From the NCBI GenBank assembly GCA_038206105.1, contig JBBRBF010000006.1, positions 36,205-100,204 on the forward strand: 64,000 bases of DNA. The letters are read 5' to 3'. The notes beneath the pieces were generated by a model, which worked only from the letters and a program-made list of their open reading frames with translations, ran no database searches and was not told where the DNA came from. This stretch comes from Actinomycetales bacterium (lineage in GTDB: Bacteria > Actinomycetota > Actinomycetes > Actinomycetales > JBBRBF01). The position numbers and the translations under genes are program-made. Below, piece after piece: positions 19,207 to 27,856 of this stretch. How positions within the stretch are numbered: position 1 is the first letter of the stretch; the number at the start of each line of letters is the position of its first letter.

Positions 19207-21672
19207 GTGCCGGTGTCGACCTACCGGCTGCAGCTGCGGGCGGAGTTCGGCTTCGACGACGCGGCCGCCGTGGTCGACCACCTCGACGCCCTCGGGGCGG
19301 GGCACGCCTACCTCTCCCCCATCCTCGCGCCGACGCCCGGCTCGGCTCACGGCTACGACGTGGTGGACCACTCCCGGCTACACCCGGACGCCGGCGGCCG
19401 GCCCGCCTTCGACCGCCTCGTCGACGCGTTGCACGCGACCGGGATGGGGGCGGTGGCCGACCTCGTCCCCAACCACATGGCCGTCCCGACGCCTGCGCAT
19501 CTGAACGAGGCGCTGTGGTCGATGCTGCGCGACGGTCCGGACTCGCCGTTCGCACCGTGGTTCGACGTCGACTGGGACGTGGCCGACCACGCCCTGCTGA
19601 TGCCGGTGCTCGGGCGCCGGATCGGCCAGGTCCTCGGCGACGGGGAGCTCACCCTCGACCTCGGCGAGGAGCACACCGAGCCCCTGCTGCGGTACTACGA
19701 CCACGTCTTCCCGGTGCGGCCGGGCACCGAGAGCCTGCCGGTGGCCGAGCTCGTCGACCGGCAGTGGTACCGCCTCGCCCACTGGCGGGTGGCGGACGAG
19801 GAGCTGAACTACCGCCGGTTCTTCGACGTCGACACCCTCGCCGCCGTCCGTGTCGAGGACCCCGACGTCTTCGACGCCACCCATGCGCTGCTGCTCGAGC
19901 TCATCGAGACCGGACGCCTCGACGGGCTCCGGATCGACCACCCCGACGGCCTGGCGGACCCGCGCGGGTACGTGCGGCGCCTGTCCGAGCGCACCCGCGG
20001 GTCCTGGGTCGTCGTGGAGAAGATCCTCGAGGGCGACGAGGAGCTCCCCGATGACTGGCCGTGCGCCGGGACCACCGGCTACGAGGCGCTGCTGCGGGTG
20101 GGTGGGCTCTTCGTCGACCCGGCCGGCGAGGCGCCGCTGTCGGCCCTGTGGCGCGAGCTGACGACCGAGGACGGCGCCCCGGACCCGGGTTTTCCGGCCG
20201 TCGTCGAGACCGCCAAGCGCGAGATGGTGACCCGGGGTCTGTACGCCGAGGTCCACCGGCTGACCGACCTGCTCGTGGAGATCTGCCACTCCGACGTCCG
20301 GCTCCGCGACCACACCCGGCGCGCGCTCGGCGAGTGCGTGGTCGAGCTGCTCGTCGCCTTCGACCGGTACCGGGCGTACGTCGTGCCGGGAGAGCCGGCG
20401 CCGCCGGCTGAGGCTGCCGTCCTCGACCACGCCGCCGGCCTGGCCCGCACGCACCTGCCCGAGGACCGCTGGGAGACCCTCGACGTCGTCCGCGAGCTGC
20501 TGCTGGGGCGCGAGGCCGGCAGCGCCGGTCGCACCTCCGAGGCGACGCGGGCCGAGCTCGTGGTCCGCTTCCAGCAGACCTGCGGCCCCGTGATGGCCAA
20601 GGGCGTCGAGGACACCTCCTTCTACCGGTGGCACCGGCTGGTCGCGCTCAACGAGGTGGGCGGCGACCCGACGCGGTTCGGCATCCCCACCGACGAGTTC
20701 CACAGCTGGTGCGCGCGGCAGGTGCAGCAGCGGCCCACCGCGATGACGACGCTGTCGACGCACGACACCAAGCGCAGCGAGGACGTGCGGGCCCGGCTGT
20801 CCGTGCTGGCCGAGGTGCCCCAGGATTGGACCGAGGCGCTGGCGACGTGGCGTGACCTGGCCGCGGGCCACCGCTCCCCGCTGCTCGACGCGGCGACGGA
20901 GTACCTCGTCTGGCAGACCCTCGTGGGCACGTGGTCGACGGGAGGCGCCGCGATGGCAGGCCCGATCGCCTCCGACCGGCTGCTGGCCTACCTGGAGAAG
21001 GCGGTCAAGGAGGCGAAGACCCACACCACGTGGACCGAGCCCGACAGCGCCTACGAGCAGGCCCTGCAGGACTTCGCGACCGGGGTCCTCGGCGACGACG
21101 CCGTGCTCGCGGCGGTGGGGGCCTTCTGCGAGCGGGTCGCCCCGGCCGCCCGCGTCGCGGTGCTCGGCCAGAAGCTCGTCCAGCTCACGATGCCCGGCGT
21201 GCCCGACGTCTACCAGGGCACCGAGATGGTCGACCTGTCGCTGGTCGACCCGGACAACCGGCGACCGGTGGACTACGGGCTGCGCCGAGCGCGGCTCGCA
21301 CGCCTCGACGCGGGCGCCCGCCCCGACGACCTGGACGACGAGAAGCTGCTCGTGACGTCGCGCGCCCTGCGGCTGCGCCGGGAGCACCCGCAGTGGTTCG
21401 TCGGGGAGGACACGACATACACCCCGCTGCCGACCTCCACGGCGCACGCGGTGGCGTTCTCCCGGGGCGACGGCTCCGGGCCCGAGGTGGTGACCTTGGC
21501 GACACGGCTCGCGAGCACCCTGGCGCGGTACGGCGGCTGGGGTGCGAGCACCGTGGCCCTGCCGGACGGCGCATGGCACGACGTGCTCTCCGGGCAGGCG
21601 GCCGCAGGCGGCACCGTGGCGCTGTCCGTCCTGCTCGACGACCTGCCGGTGGCGCTGCTCGTCCGCGACTGA
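19207..21672 (+). CDS. treY: malto-oligosyltrehalose synthase
   Basis: VPVSTYRLQLRAEFGFDDAAAVVDHLDALGAGHAYLSPIL..., DLVPNHM and RIDHPDGL. It follows glgX. Confidence 0.9.
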   Translation: MPVSTYRLQLRAEFGFDDAAAVVDHLDALGAGHAYLSPILAPTPGSAHGYDVVDHSRLHPDAGGRPAFDRLVDALHATGMGAVADLVPNHMAVPTPAHLNEALWSMLRDGPDSPFAPWFDVDWDVADHALLMPVLGRRIGQVLGDGELTLDLGEEHTEPLLRYYDHVFPVRPGTESLPVAELVDRQWYRLAHWRVADEELNYRRFFDVDTLAAVRVEDPDVFDATHALLLELIETGRLDGLRIDHPDGLADPRGYVRRLSERTRGSWVVVEKILEGDEELPDDWPCAGTTGYEALLRVGGLFVDPAGEAPLSALWRELTTEDGAPDPGFPAVVETAKREMVTRGLYAEVHRLTDLLVEICHSDVRLRDHTRRALGECVVELLVAFDRYRAYVVPGEPAPPAEAAVLDHAAGLARTHLPEDRWETLDVVRELLLGREAGSAGRTSEATRAELVVRFQQTCGPVMAKGVEDTSFYRWHRLVALNEVGGDPTRFGIPTDEFHSWCARQVQQRPTAMTTLSTHDTKRSEDVRARLSVLAEVPQDWTEALATWRDLAAGHRSPLLDAATEYLVWQTLVGTWSTGGAAMAGPIASDRLLAYLEKAVKEAKTHTTWTEPDSAYEQALQDFATGVLGDDAVLAAVGAFCERVAPAARVAVLGQKLVQLTMPGVPDVYQGTEMVDLSLVDPDNRRPVDYGLRRARLARLDAGARPDDLDDEKLLVTSRALRLRREHPQWFVGEDTTYTPLPTSTAHAVAFSRGDGSGPEVVTLATRLASTLARYGGWGASTVALPDGAWHDVLSGQAAAGGTVALSVLLDDLPVALLVRD

Positions 21673-21702
21673 CGCCCCCGCCCAGGTGCCGCCCGCGCGT
21701 CC

Positions 21703-22662
21703 TCAGGTGGTCGCGAGCAGGCGCTCCCGCTCGACGTCCACGTCGAAGTCGGCGGTCGGCCAGCGCAGGTCCATGTCGCGCAGCTCGTCGAGGAGCAGCT
21801 GCTGCACGGCCCACCGCGCGTACCACTTGCGGTCGGCCGGCACCACGTGCCACGGCGCCTCGTCCGTCGAGCACCGCTCGAGCACGTCCGCGTAGGCCGC
21901 CTGGTAGTCGTCCCAGCGCAGCCGCGCGTCGACGTCCCCCGGGTCGTACTTCCAGTGCTTGTCGGGACGGTCGAGCCGCTCGGCGAGACGCTCCGCCTGC
22001 TCCGCGGGGGAGATGTGCAGCATCACCTTCAGCACCCGGGTGCCGCGCCCGACGAGCGTGCGCTCGAGGCGGTTGATGGCGTCGTACCGTCGCCTCCAGG
22101 TCGCCGGGCGCACGAGCTCCTCGACCCGCGCGACGAGCACGTCCTCGTAGTGGGAGCGGTCGAAGACGCCCAGGTGGCCCGGCTCCGGCAGCGCCCGGCG
22201 GATCCGCCAGAGGAAGTCGTGGGAGCGCTCCTCGGCCGTCGGCGCACCGAACGAGGTGTGCGCCACGCCCTGTGGGTCGACGGCACCCACGACGTGCCTC
22301 ACGATGCCGCCCTTGCCGGAGGTGTCCATGCCCTGCACCACGAGGAGCAGGGAGCGCGACCCGCCGCTGCGGCCCTCCGCGAAGAGCTTCTCCTGGAGCG
22401 TGGACAGCTCGTCGGCGCCGGCTGCGAGAGCCGCTCTGCCCGCCGCCTTGCCGCCCTCGAAGCCCGGGGTTTCCCGCGTGCCCGTAGCGGCCAGGGTGAA
22501 CGTGTCGCCGACCGCGAGCATGTCCGCGAGCCGAGCCGCCGGCCCGCCGGAGTCGTCGACGGCGTCGGCGCCGTCCGCGACGTCCGCCTGCACCGCCGTG
22601 AGCTCCTCGGCCAGCTTCTTCGCCTTCTTCGCAGCCTTCTTGCCCTTCGCGCCCTTGCCCAT
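21703..22662 (-). CDS. ppk2: PPK2-family polyphosphate:nucleotide phosphotransferase
   Basis: ATG at 22662 with a GGAGGG RBS. Sequence features include LLLVVQGMDTSGKGGIVRHV..., FDRSHYEDVLV and KHWKYDPGD. Confidence 0.9.
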   Translation of the reverse strand: MGKGAKGKKAAKKAKKLAEELTAVQADVADGADAVDDSGGPAARLADMLAVGDTFTLAATGTRETPGFEGGKAAGRAALAAGADELSTLQEKLFAEGRSGGSRSLLLVVQGMDTSGKGGIVRHVVGAVDPQGVAHTSFGAPTAEERSHDFLWRIRRALPEPGHLGVFDRSHYEDVLVARVEELVRPATWRRRYDAINRLERTLVGRGTRVLKVMLHISPAEQAERLAERLDRPDKHWKYDPGDVDARLRWDDYQAAYADVLERCSTDEAPWHVVPADRKWYARWAVQQLLLDELRDMDLRWPTADFDVDVERERLLATT

Positions 22663-22773
22663 GCCGAGCCCTCCAGTCGTCCGTCGTGGGGTCGATCCTG
22701 GCAGCGGGCGCACACCACGGCCACGCGGAGCCGGCGATGTGACAGCGGCCGGGGCTCCCGGCAGGCTTGCGCC

Positions 22774-24522
22774 GTGCACACCTTCAGCGTCTGGTCCCCC
22801 GCCGCCGAACGCGTCGACGTCCGGCTCAGCGGCGCCGGAACCACCGAGCGAAGCGAGCCGATGCGCCGCTGCGAGGACGGCTGGTGGTCCGTCGACGTCG
22901 CCGACGCGGGACACGGCACCCGCTACGCGTACTGCGTCGACGGTGGCACGCCGCTGCCGGACCCCCGCTCGCCCTGGCAGCCGGACGACGTCCACTCGGC
23001 GTCGGCGGTCTTCGACACCGGTCGCCACGCGTGGCTGGACGCCGGGTGGGACGGCCTCGACGTGCGCGGCCGCGTCCTCTACGAGCTGCACGTCGGCACC
23101 TTCACGCCCGAGGGCACGCTCGACGCCGCGGCCGAGCGGCTGGACCACCTCGTGGGCCTCGGCGTGGAGATGGTGCAGCTGATGCCGGTGGCGGCGTTCC
23201 CCGGGCGGCACGGCTGGGGGTACGACGGCGTCGCCCTGTTCGCGGTCCACGAGCCGTACGGCGGACCTGCTGCCCTGCAACGGTTCGTGGACGCCTGCCA
23301 CGCGAAGGGCCTGGCCGTCTCGCTCGACGTCGTCTACAACCACCTCGGCCCCAGCGGCAACTACCTCGCGGCGTTCGGGCCGTACTTCACCGACCGTCAC
23401 GAGACCCCGTGGGGCCAGGCGGTCAACCTGGACGACACCGGCAGCGAGCAGGTGCGGCGGTGGGTGGTGGACAACGCGCTGCGGTGGCTGCGGGACTTCC
23501 ACGTCGACGCGCTGCGCCTCGACGCCGTCCACGCCCTCGTGGACGACTCCGAGCGCCACCTGCTCTCGCAGCTCAGCGACGAGGTCGCCGAGCTGTCGCG
23601 CGAGGTCGACAGGCCCCTCTCGCTCGTCGCGGAGTCCGACGTCAACGACCCCGTCATGGTCGAGCCGGTCGCCGACGGGGGCCTCGGGATGACCGCGCAG
23701 TGGAGCGACGACTACCACCATGCGCTGCACGCGTTCCTGACCGGCGAGCGGCAGGGGTACTACGCGGACTTCGGCGGTGCCGAGGTCCTCGCCCGCACGC
23801 TCACCCGCGTCTTCCGTCACGACGGCGGCTGGTCCTCCTTCCGCGGCAGCGACTGGGGCGCACCGGTCGACCGGCAGCGGCACGACGGTCGCGCGTTCCT
23901 CGCCTACGGCTCCAACCACGACCAGGTGGGCAACCGCGCGGTCGGGGACCGCCCGTCGGCGAGCCTGCCGCCGGGCACGCTGGCCGGTGCGGCGGCGCTG
24001 ACGCTCTGCTCGCCGTTCACCCCGATGCTCTTCATGGGCGAGGAGTGGGGCGCCTCCACGCCGTGGCAGTTCTTCACCGACCACGGCGAACCCGAGCTGG
24101 CGGAGGCGATCCGCGAGGGGCGTCGCCGCGAGTTCGCCGAGCACGGCTGGGATGCCGACCAGGTGCCCGACCCGCAGGACCCCGCGACCCGCGACGCCTC
24201 GGTGCTGCGGTGGGAGGAGACCCACGACGACCCGCACCGCCGGCTGCTGGCCTGGTACACCCGTCTCGTCGCGCTGCGACACCGCGAGCCCGACCTGCAC
24301 TCCGGCGACCTGACGGCCGTCTCGGCCCGGCACGCCGACGACGGGTCCTGGTTCTGCCTGTCCCGTGGCGCGCTGCGCGTGGCGCTGAACCTGTCCGCGT
24401 CGCCGCTGCCGGTACCCGTCGACGGGACGCCCGGCGAGGTCATGGCCGCGTGGGACCGTGCCGAGACGGGTCCCGGCACCGTCATCCTGCCGCCCCGCTC
24501 GGTCGCGCTCGTGCGCGTCTGA
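22774..24522 (+). CDS. treZ: malto-oligosyltrehalose trehalohydrolase
   Basis: VHTFSVWSPAAERVDV..., YELHVGTFTPEGT, GYDGV, DVVYNHLGP, LRLDAVH and SNHDQVGNR. Confidence 0.9.
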   Translation: MHTFSVWSPAAERVDVRLSGAGTTERSEPMRRCEDGWWSVDVADAGHGTRYAYCVDGGTPLPDPRSPWQPDDVHSASAVFDTGRHAWLDAGWDGLDVRGRVLYELHVGTFTPEGTLDAAAERLDHLVGLGVEMVQLMPVAAFPGRHGWGYDGVALFAVHEPYGGPAALQRFVDACHAKGLAVSLDVVYNHLGPSGNYLAAFGPYFTDRHETPWGQAVNLDDTGSEQVRRWVVDNALRWLRDFHVDALRLDAVHALVDDSERHLLSQLSDEVAELSREVDRPLSLVAESDVNDPVMVEPVADGGLGMTAQWSDDYHHALHAFLTGERQGYYADFGGAEVLARTLTRVFRHDGGWSSFRGSDWGAPVDRQRHDGRAFLAYGSNHDQVGNRAVGDRPSASLPPGTLAGAAALTLCSPFTPMLFMGEEWGASTPWQFFTDHGEPELAEAIREGRRREFAEHGWDADQVPDPQDPATRDASVLRWEETHDDPHRRLLAWYTRLVALRHREPDLHSGDLTAVSARHADDGSWFCLSRGALRVALNLSASPLPVPVDGTPGEVMAAWDRAETGPGTVILPPRSVALVRV

Positions 24523-24549
24523 CGCCGCCGCTCCGGCGGGGACACCGGG

Positions 24550-25188
24550 TCAGCGCACTGGGCTGCGCGAGGTTCCCGCGTCACCGGCCGCCGCGTACAG
24601 CCGCTCGACCGTGACCGGGGCGAGGCACTCGGGCCGTGTGCTCAGGAACGAGCGCAGCCGGTCGCGGTGGACGACCGTCACCCGGGCAGAGGCCGGTTCG
24701 TGGACGGAGGCCGGGTCGCGCGCGTCGCCGAGGGCGCCGCCGCTGCCGATCACGACGACGACGCGCGCCTCGAGTGCGACGCCGGCCGTCTCGGACAGCT
24801 GGTCGCCGAGGCGCTCCGCGGGCGTCGCGCCGGAGTCGCAGACCAGGGCGAACACCCCGGCGGGTCCGACGACGAGGTGGTCGACGACGGTCCCGTCGCC
24901 GAGGGTCACGGCCGGACGGCACCGCCAGCGCGGGTCGTGGCGGACGAGGCGGTCCAGCTCCCGCCCGACCCGGTGCGCGAGCACGGCGCGAGCACGGCGT
25001 GCGAGCCACCCCCGGCCGGGCCGCGGTGCCGGCCGCGACGGCCGGGTGTGCCGGGCCGGCTCGGTCCACTGGGGAGGCAGGGTCGCGGACGTCGGCTGCG
25101 TGGCCTGGGCTGTCGTGTCGGGCACTGTCCCGACGTCGGCGCCAGGCGGCTCCTGCCTGAGGGCGGCTCCCCCGATCGGCCGACCCAC
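24550..25188 (-). CDS. NERD (nuclease-related) domain protein
   Basis: VDHLVVGPAGVFALVCDSG core, preceded by RVGRELDRL. The N-terminal ~60 aa look disordered. Confidence 0.6.
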   Translation of the reverse strand: MGRPIGGAALRQEPPGADVGTVPDTTAQATQPTSATLPPQWTEPARHTRPSRPAPRPGRGWLARRARAVLAHRVGRELDRLVRHDPRWRCRPAVTLGDGTVVDHLVVGPAGVFALVCDSGATPAERLGDQLSETAGVALEARVVVVIGSGGALGDARDPASVHEPASARVTVVHRDRLRSFLSTRPECLAPVTVERLYAAAGDAGTSRSPVR

Positions 25189-25255
25189 CCCACGGAGCGG
25201 CCCACCCCCGCGCGGTGATCATGCACGACGGGTCCGCTGGGCGTACCCGACGCGC

Positions 25256-26578
25256 ATGATCACCGCGGGGGGCGGGGCTACGGTGACGGCCGTGGGTGCT
25301 GGGGGCGGGGCCGGGGGCGGGGCCGGGGGCGGGGGCGGGGCCGGGGGAGGGGCCGGGGGAGGGGCCGGGGCCGGGGCCACCGTGGCGGTCGTGCTCTCGG
25401 GTGCGGCGGCGCGCGGGGCGTTCCAGGCCGGTGCGCTCGCCGAGCTCGTGCCTGCGCTGCAGCGCGACGGTCTACGCCCGACGATCTGGGTCGGCACCAG
25501 CGCGGGCAGCATCAACGCGGTGCTGTGGGCCGCCGCGGCGCACCGCGAGGCCGGCGCCGCAGCGGACGGTGTCCTGGACGTGTGGCGGTCCTTCGACGGC
25601 GACGACGTCTACGCACCGCTGCTGCCGTTCTCGCTGGCGAGGGTTGCCGCCCGGTACGCCGCGGGGGCCGTGCTGGGCGTCGGGCCCGGCACGACCAGTC
25701 TGCTGGACACCACGCCGCTGCGGCGGACGGCGAACCGGCTGTTCCCGACGGACCGGCTCGCCGCGAACGTCGCGGGCGGCGCGGTCTCGGCGCTCGGGGT
25801 GGTGGCGACCAGGATGCCGCACTCCGACGGGGCCGGCGGAGGACGCAGCGTGCTGTTCCTGCACGAGCACTCCCGTTCGGGCTGGACCGGCGACCCCGCG
25901 CGCGCTCTCGACGTCGTCCGCGGCCCGGTGCGCCCGGACCACGTGCTGGCCTCCGCCGCGGTGCCGGTCGCGTTCGCACCGGTCCGCGTGACCCGTGACG
26001 GCGGCGAGGACGGCTGGTACCTCGACGGCGGGGTCCGGCTCAACACCCCGCTGTTGCCGGCGCTGCGCCTCGGGGCCACGCACGTCGTGATCGTCTCCGC
26101 CGGGGCACCGCCCGCCGCCGCCACGCCTGTCGCCGACGCGGGACCGACGCCGGACGTCGCCGACGCCGCGGCCCAGGTGCTGCACGCGGCGCTGTCGGAT
26201 CGCACCGGCGAGGACCTGCTGACGCTGCGGCGCACCAACCGGCTCGTCGCCCAGGCCGTCGCCGCCGGGCAGCCCGACCTGCTGCGCAGCGCGGGCGGCC
26301 GCCCGTACCGGCACGTCGACGCGCTGGCCGTCACTCCGCCCGCCGGGGCCCTCGGCCGGATCGCGTCCGCCGTCCTCGCCCGGCGTACCCGCGGCCTGCG
26401 ACGCCTCACCGACCTGGACGCCTGGCTGATCGGGCAGGGGGTGCGGGGGGCCGGCGACGGTGCCGGCAGGCGCGACCTGCTGAGCTACCTGCTCTTCGAC
26501 CCGGAGTACTTCGACGCCGCTATCGACCTGGGCCGGGAGGCCGCGCGGGCCGCGCTGCAGCGCGGCTGGGCGGACTGA
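25256..26578 (+). CDS. patatin-like phospholipase
   Basis: VVLSGAAARGAFQAG (oxyanion region), GTSAGS (GxSxG nucleophile) and YLDGGV (catalytic Asp). The N-terminal Gly/Ala tract is encoded by the 12-bp repeat. Confidence 0.8.
   Translation: MITAGGGATVTAVGAGGGAGGGAGGGGGAGGGAGGGAGAGATVAVVLSGAAARGAFQAGALAELVPALQRDGLRPTIWVGTSAGSINAVLWAAAAHREAGAAADGVLDVWRSFDGDDVYAPLLPFSLARVAARYAAGAVLGVGPGTTSLLDTTPLRRTANRLFPTDRLAANVAGGAVSALGVVATRMPHSDGAGGGRSVLFLHEHSRSGWTGDPARALDVVRGPVRPDHVLASAAVPVAFAPVRVTRDGGEDGWYLDGGVRLNTPLLPALRLGATHVVIVSAGAPPAAATPVADAGPTPDVADAAAQVLHAALSDRTGEDLLTLRRTNRLVAQAVAAGQPDLLRSAGGRPYRHVDALAVTPPAGALGRIASAVLARRTRGLRRLTDLDAWLIGQGVRGAGDGAGRRDLLSYLLFDPEYFDAAIDLGREAARAALQRGWAD
25297..25378 (+). 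repeat. imperfect 12-bp tandem repeat (GGGGCCGGGGGC-like, about 6.5 copies) made of closely spaced G4-G5 runs
   Basis: gctgggggcggggccgggggcggggccgggggcgggggcggggccgggggaggggccgggggaggggccggggccggggcc. It is in frame and encodes AGGGAGGGAGGGGGAGGGAGGGAGAGA. Confidence 0.9.
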
Positions 26579-26653
26579 GCCGGTGGCACCGACGTGGCGC
26601 CGGGACGCCGCCGCGTGGCAGAGTCGCTCTCCCCGAGCGAAGGAGGACCCGTC

Positions 26654-27109
26654 GTGGGCGAGGTCGCGTACGTCTCCGAGGTCACGGTCGAGCGGCTGGG
26701 TGGGCCGTTGCGCGCCGCGCACCTGCCCGGAGAGCAGGAGCCGACCCTGTACGGGATGCACGGTGCGGTCGCCGAGCACTACGGCGCACGGCCCGGCGAC
26801 TTCCCCGAGCACGCCAGCACGATCGACCACCTCGTCGGCGCCGCCCTCGGTTGACTCACCGGCACGTTCGCCGGCGCCCTCGCGGCGCGGCGGATCGACC
26901 CCACCGGTCTGGTGGGGCACGCGCGCGGTGAGGTCGAGCTCGAGGGGAAGGTCCTCGTGGTGAAGCGGATCGCGGTGACCTACACCGGCCTGACGGTCGG
27001 ACCGGACCAGCGGGAGCGGGTCGACCGCGTGCTCGCCGTGCACGCCGACGGCTGCCCCGTCGCCCGCAGCATCCGGGGGGCCATCGACATCACGACCGCC
27101 CTGGGCTGA
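26654..27109 (+). pseudogene. OsmC/Ohr-family peroxiredoxin-like gene with in-frame TGA (26852..26854) at the first catalytic Cys position; either a nonsense pseudogene or a Sec-decoded CDS
   Basis: GTG at 26654 lies 7 nt after AGGAGG. The ORFs 26594..26854 and 26912..27109 share one frame: ...TIDHLVGAALG-TGA-LTGTFAGALAARRIDP...VHADGCPVARSIRGAIDITTALG. The second conserved Cys (CPV) is intact. Confidence 0.55.
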
Positions 27110-27150
27110 CCCGCCTGGCCGCGCTGACGCGGTGGGCTGCGGCGGGGCCG

Positions 27151-27352
27151 TCAGGTCCGGTCGGCCCCACCCGGGTGCTCCACCGAGGCGTCCGTCCCGG
27201 GGTAGACCAGGCCCTCGTGCCCGTCGTCGTGGCGGACCAGGTACGGCGGCTCGCCGTCGTCGCCGCGGACCTCGATGATCTCGGCGGTCTCGTCGGGCGA
27301 ACCCACGTTCCTCCCGTGGACGTGCAGACGGTCGCCCTTGGTGGCGCGCATG
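27151..27352 (-). CDS. DUF1918 domain protein
   Basis: MRATKGDRLHVHGRNVGSPDETAEIIEVRGDDGEPPYLVRHDDGHEGLVYPG. The family is recalled from memory. Confidence 0.7.
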
Positions 27353-27514
27353 GCAGGTCCTCTCGTCGTCCCGCTCAGCAGCCTGCACCCTGAGGGCCTC
27401 TCGCGGAAGGGGTCGGACGCCCCGCACGGGGCTGGGCGGTCGGCGCAGCGTCGCCTAGCATGCGGCGCGCGCCACCGGCCGCGGCGGCGCGGTCCGCCGA
27501 GCCGAGAGGCGTCC

Positions 27515-27847
27515 ATGATCTTCATCACCGCCAAGTTCCGCGTCCTGCCCGAGCACGCCGAGCGCTGGCCGGAGATGGCCGGCGAGTTCACGCGCGCCGT
27601 GCGCGCCGAGCCCGGCTGCCTCTGGTTCGACTGGTCCCGCAGCCTCGACGACCCCACCGAGTACGTGCTCGTCGAGGCCTTCCGCGACCAGGACGCCGCC
27701 GTCGCCCACGTGCAGGCGGACCACTTCGCCAAGGCCCAGCAGGACCTGCCGCCGCACCTCGCAGAGACCCCCCGGGTGGTCAACGCGATCGTGGACCAGG
27801 ACGACTGGTCCGAGCTCGGCGAGATGGCCGTCACCCGCTGCGACTGA
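27515..27847 (+). CDS. antibiotic-biosynthesis-monooxygenase (ABM) family protein
   Basis: MIFITAKFRVLPEHAERW...EPGCLWFDWSRS...EYVLVEAFRDQDAAVAHVQADHF. Confidence 0.8.
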   Translation: MIFITAKFRVLPEHAERWPEMAGEFTRAVRAEPGCLWFDWSRSLDDPTEYVLVEAFRDQDAAVAHVQADHFAKAQQDLPPHLAETPRVVNAIVDQDDWSELGEMAVTRCD

Positions 27848-27856
27848 CCGGTCGCC

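Noticed and set aside
25297-25378. The G-rich repeat as a CRISPR-like or non-coding minisatellite array.
   Set aside because: The period is only 12 bp with no spacers. It is in frame within the patatin ORF and simply encodes a Gly/Ala linker. It is reported instead as a coding repeat with G4 potential.
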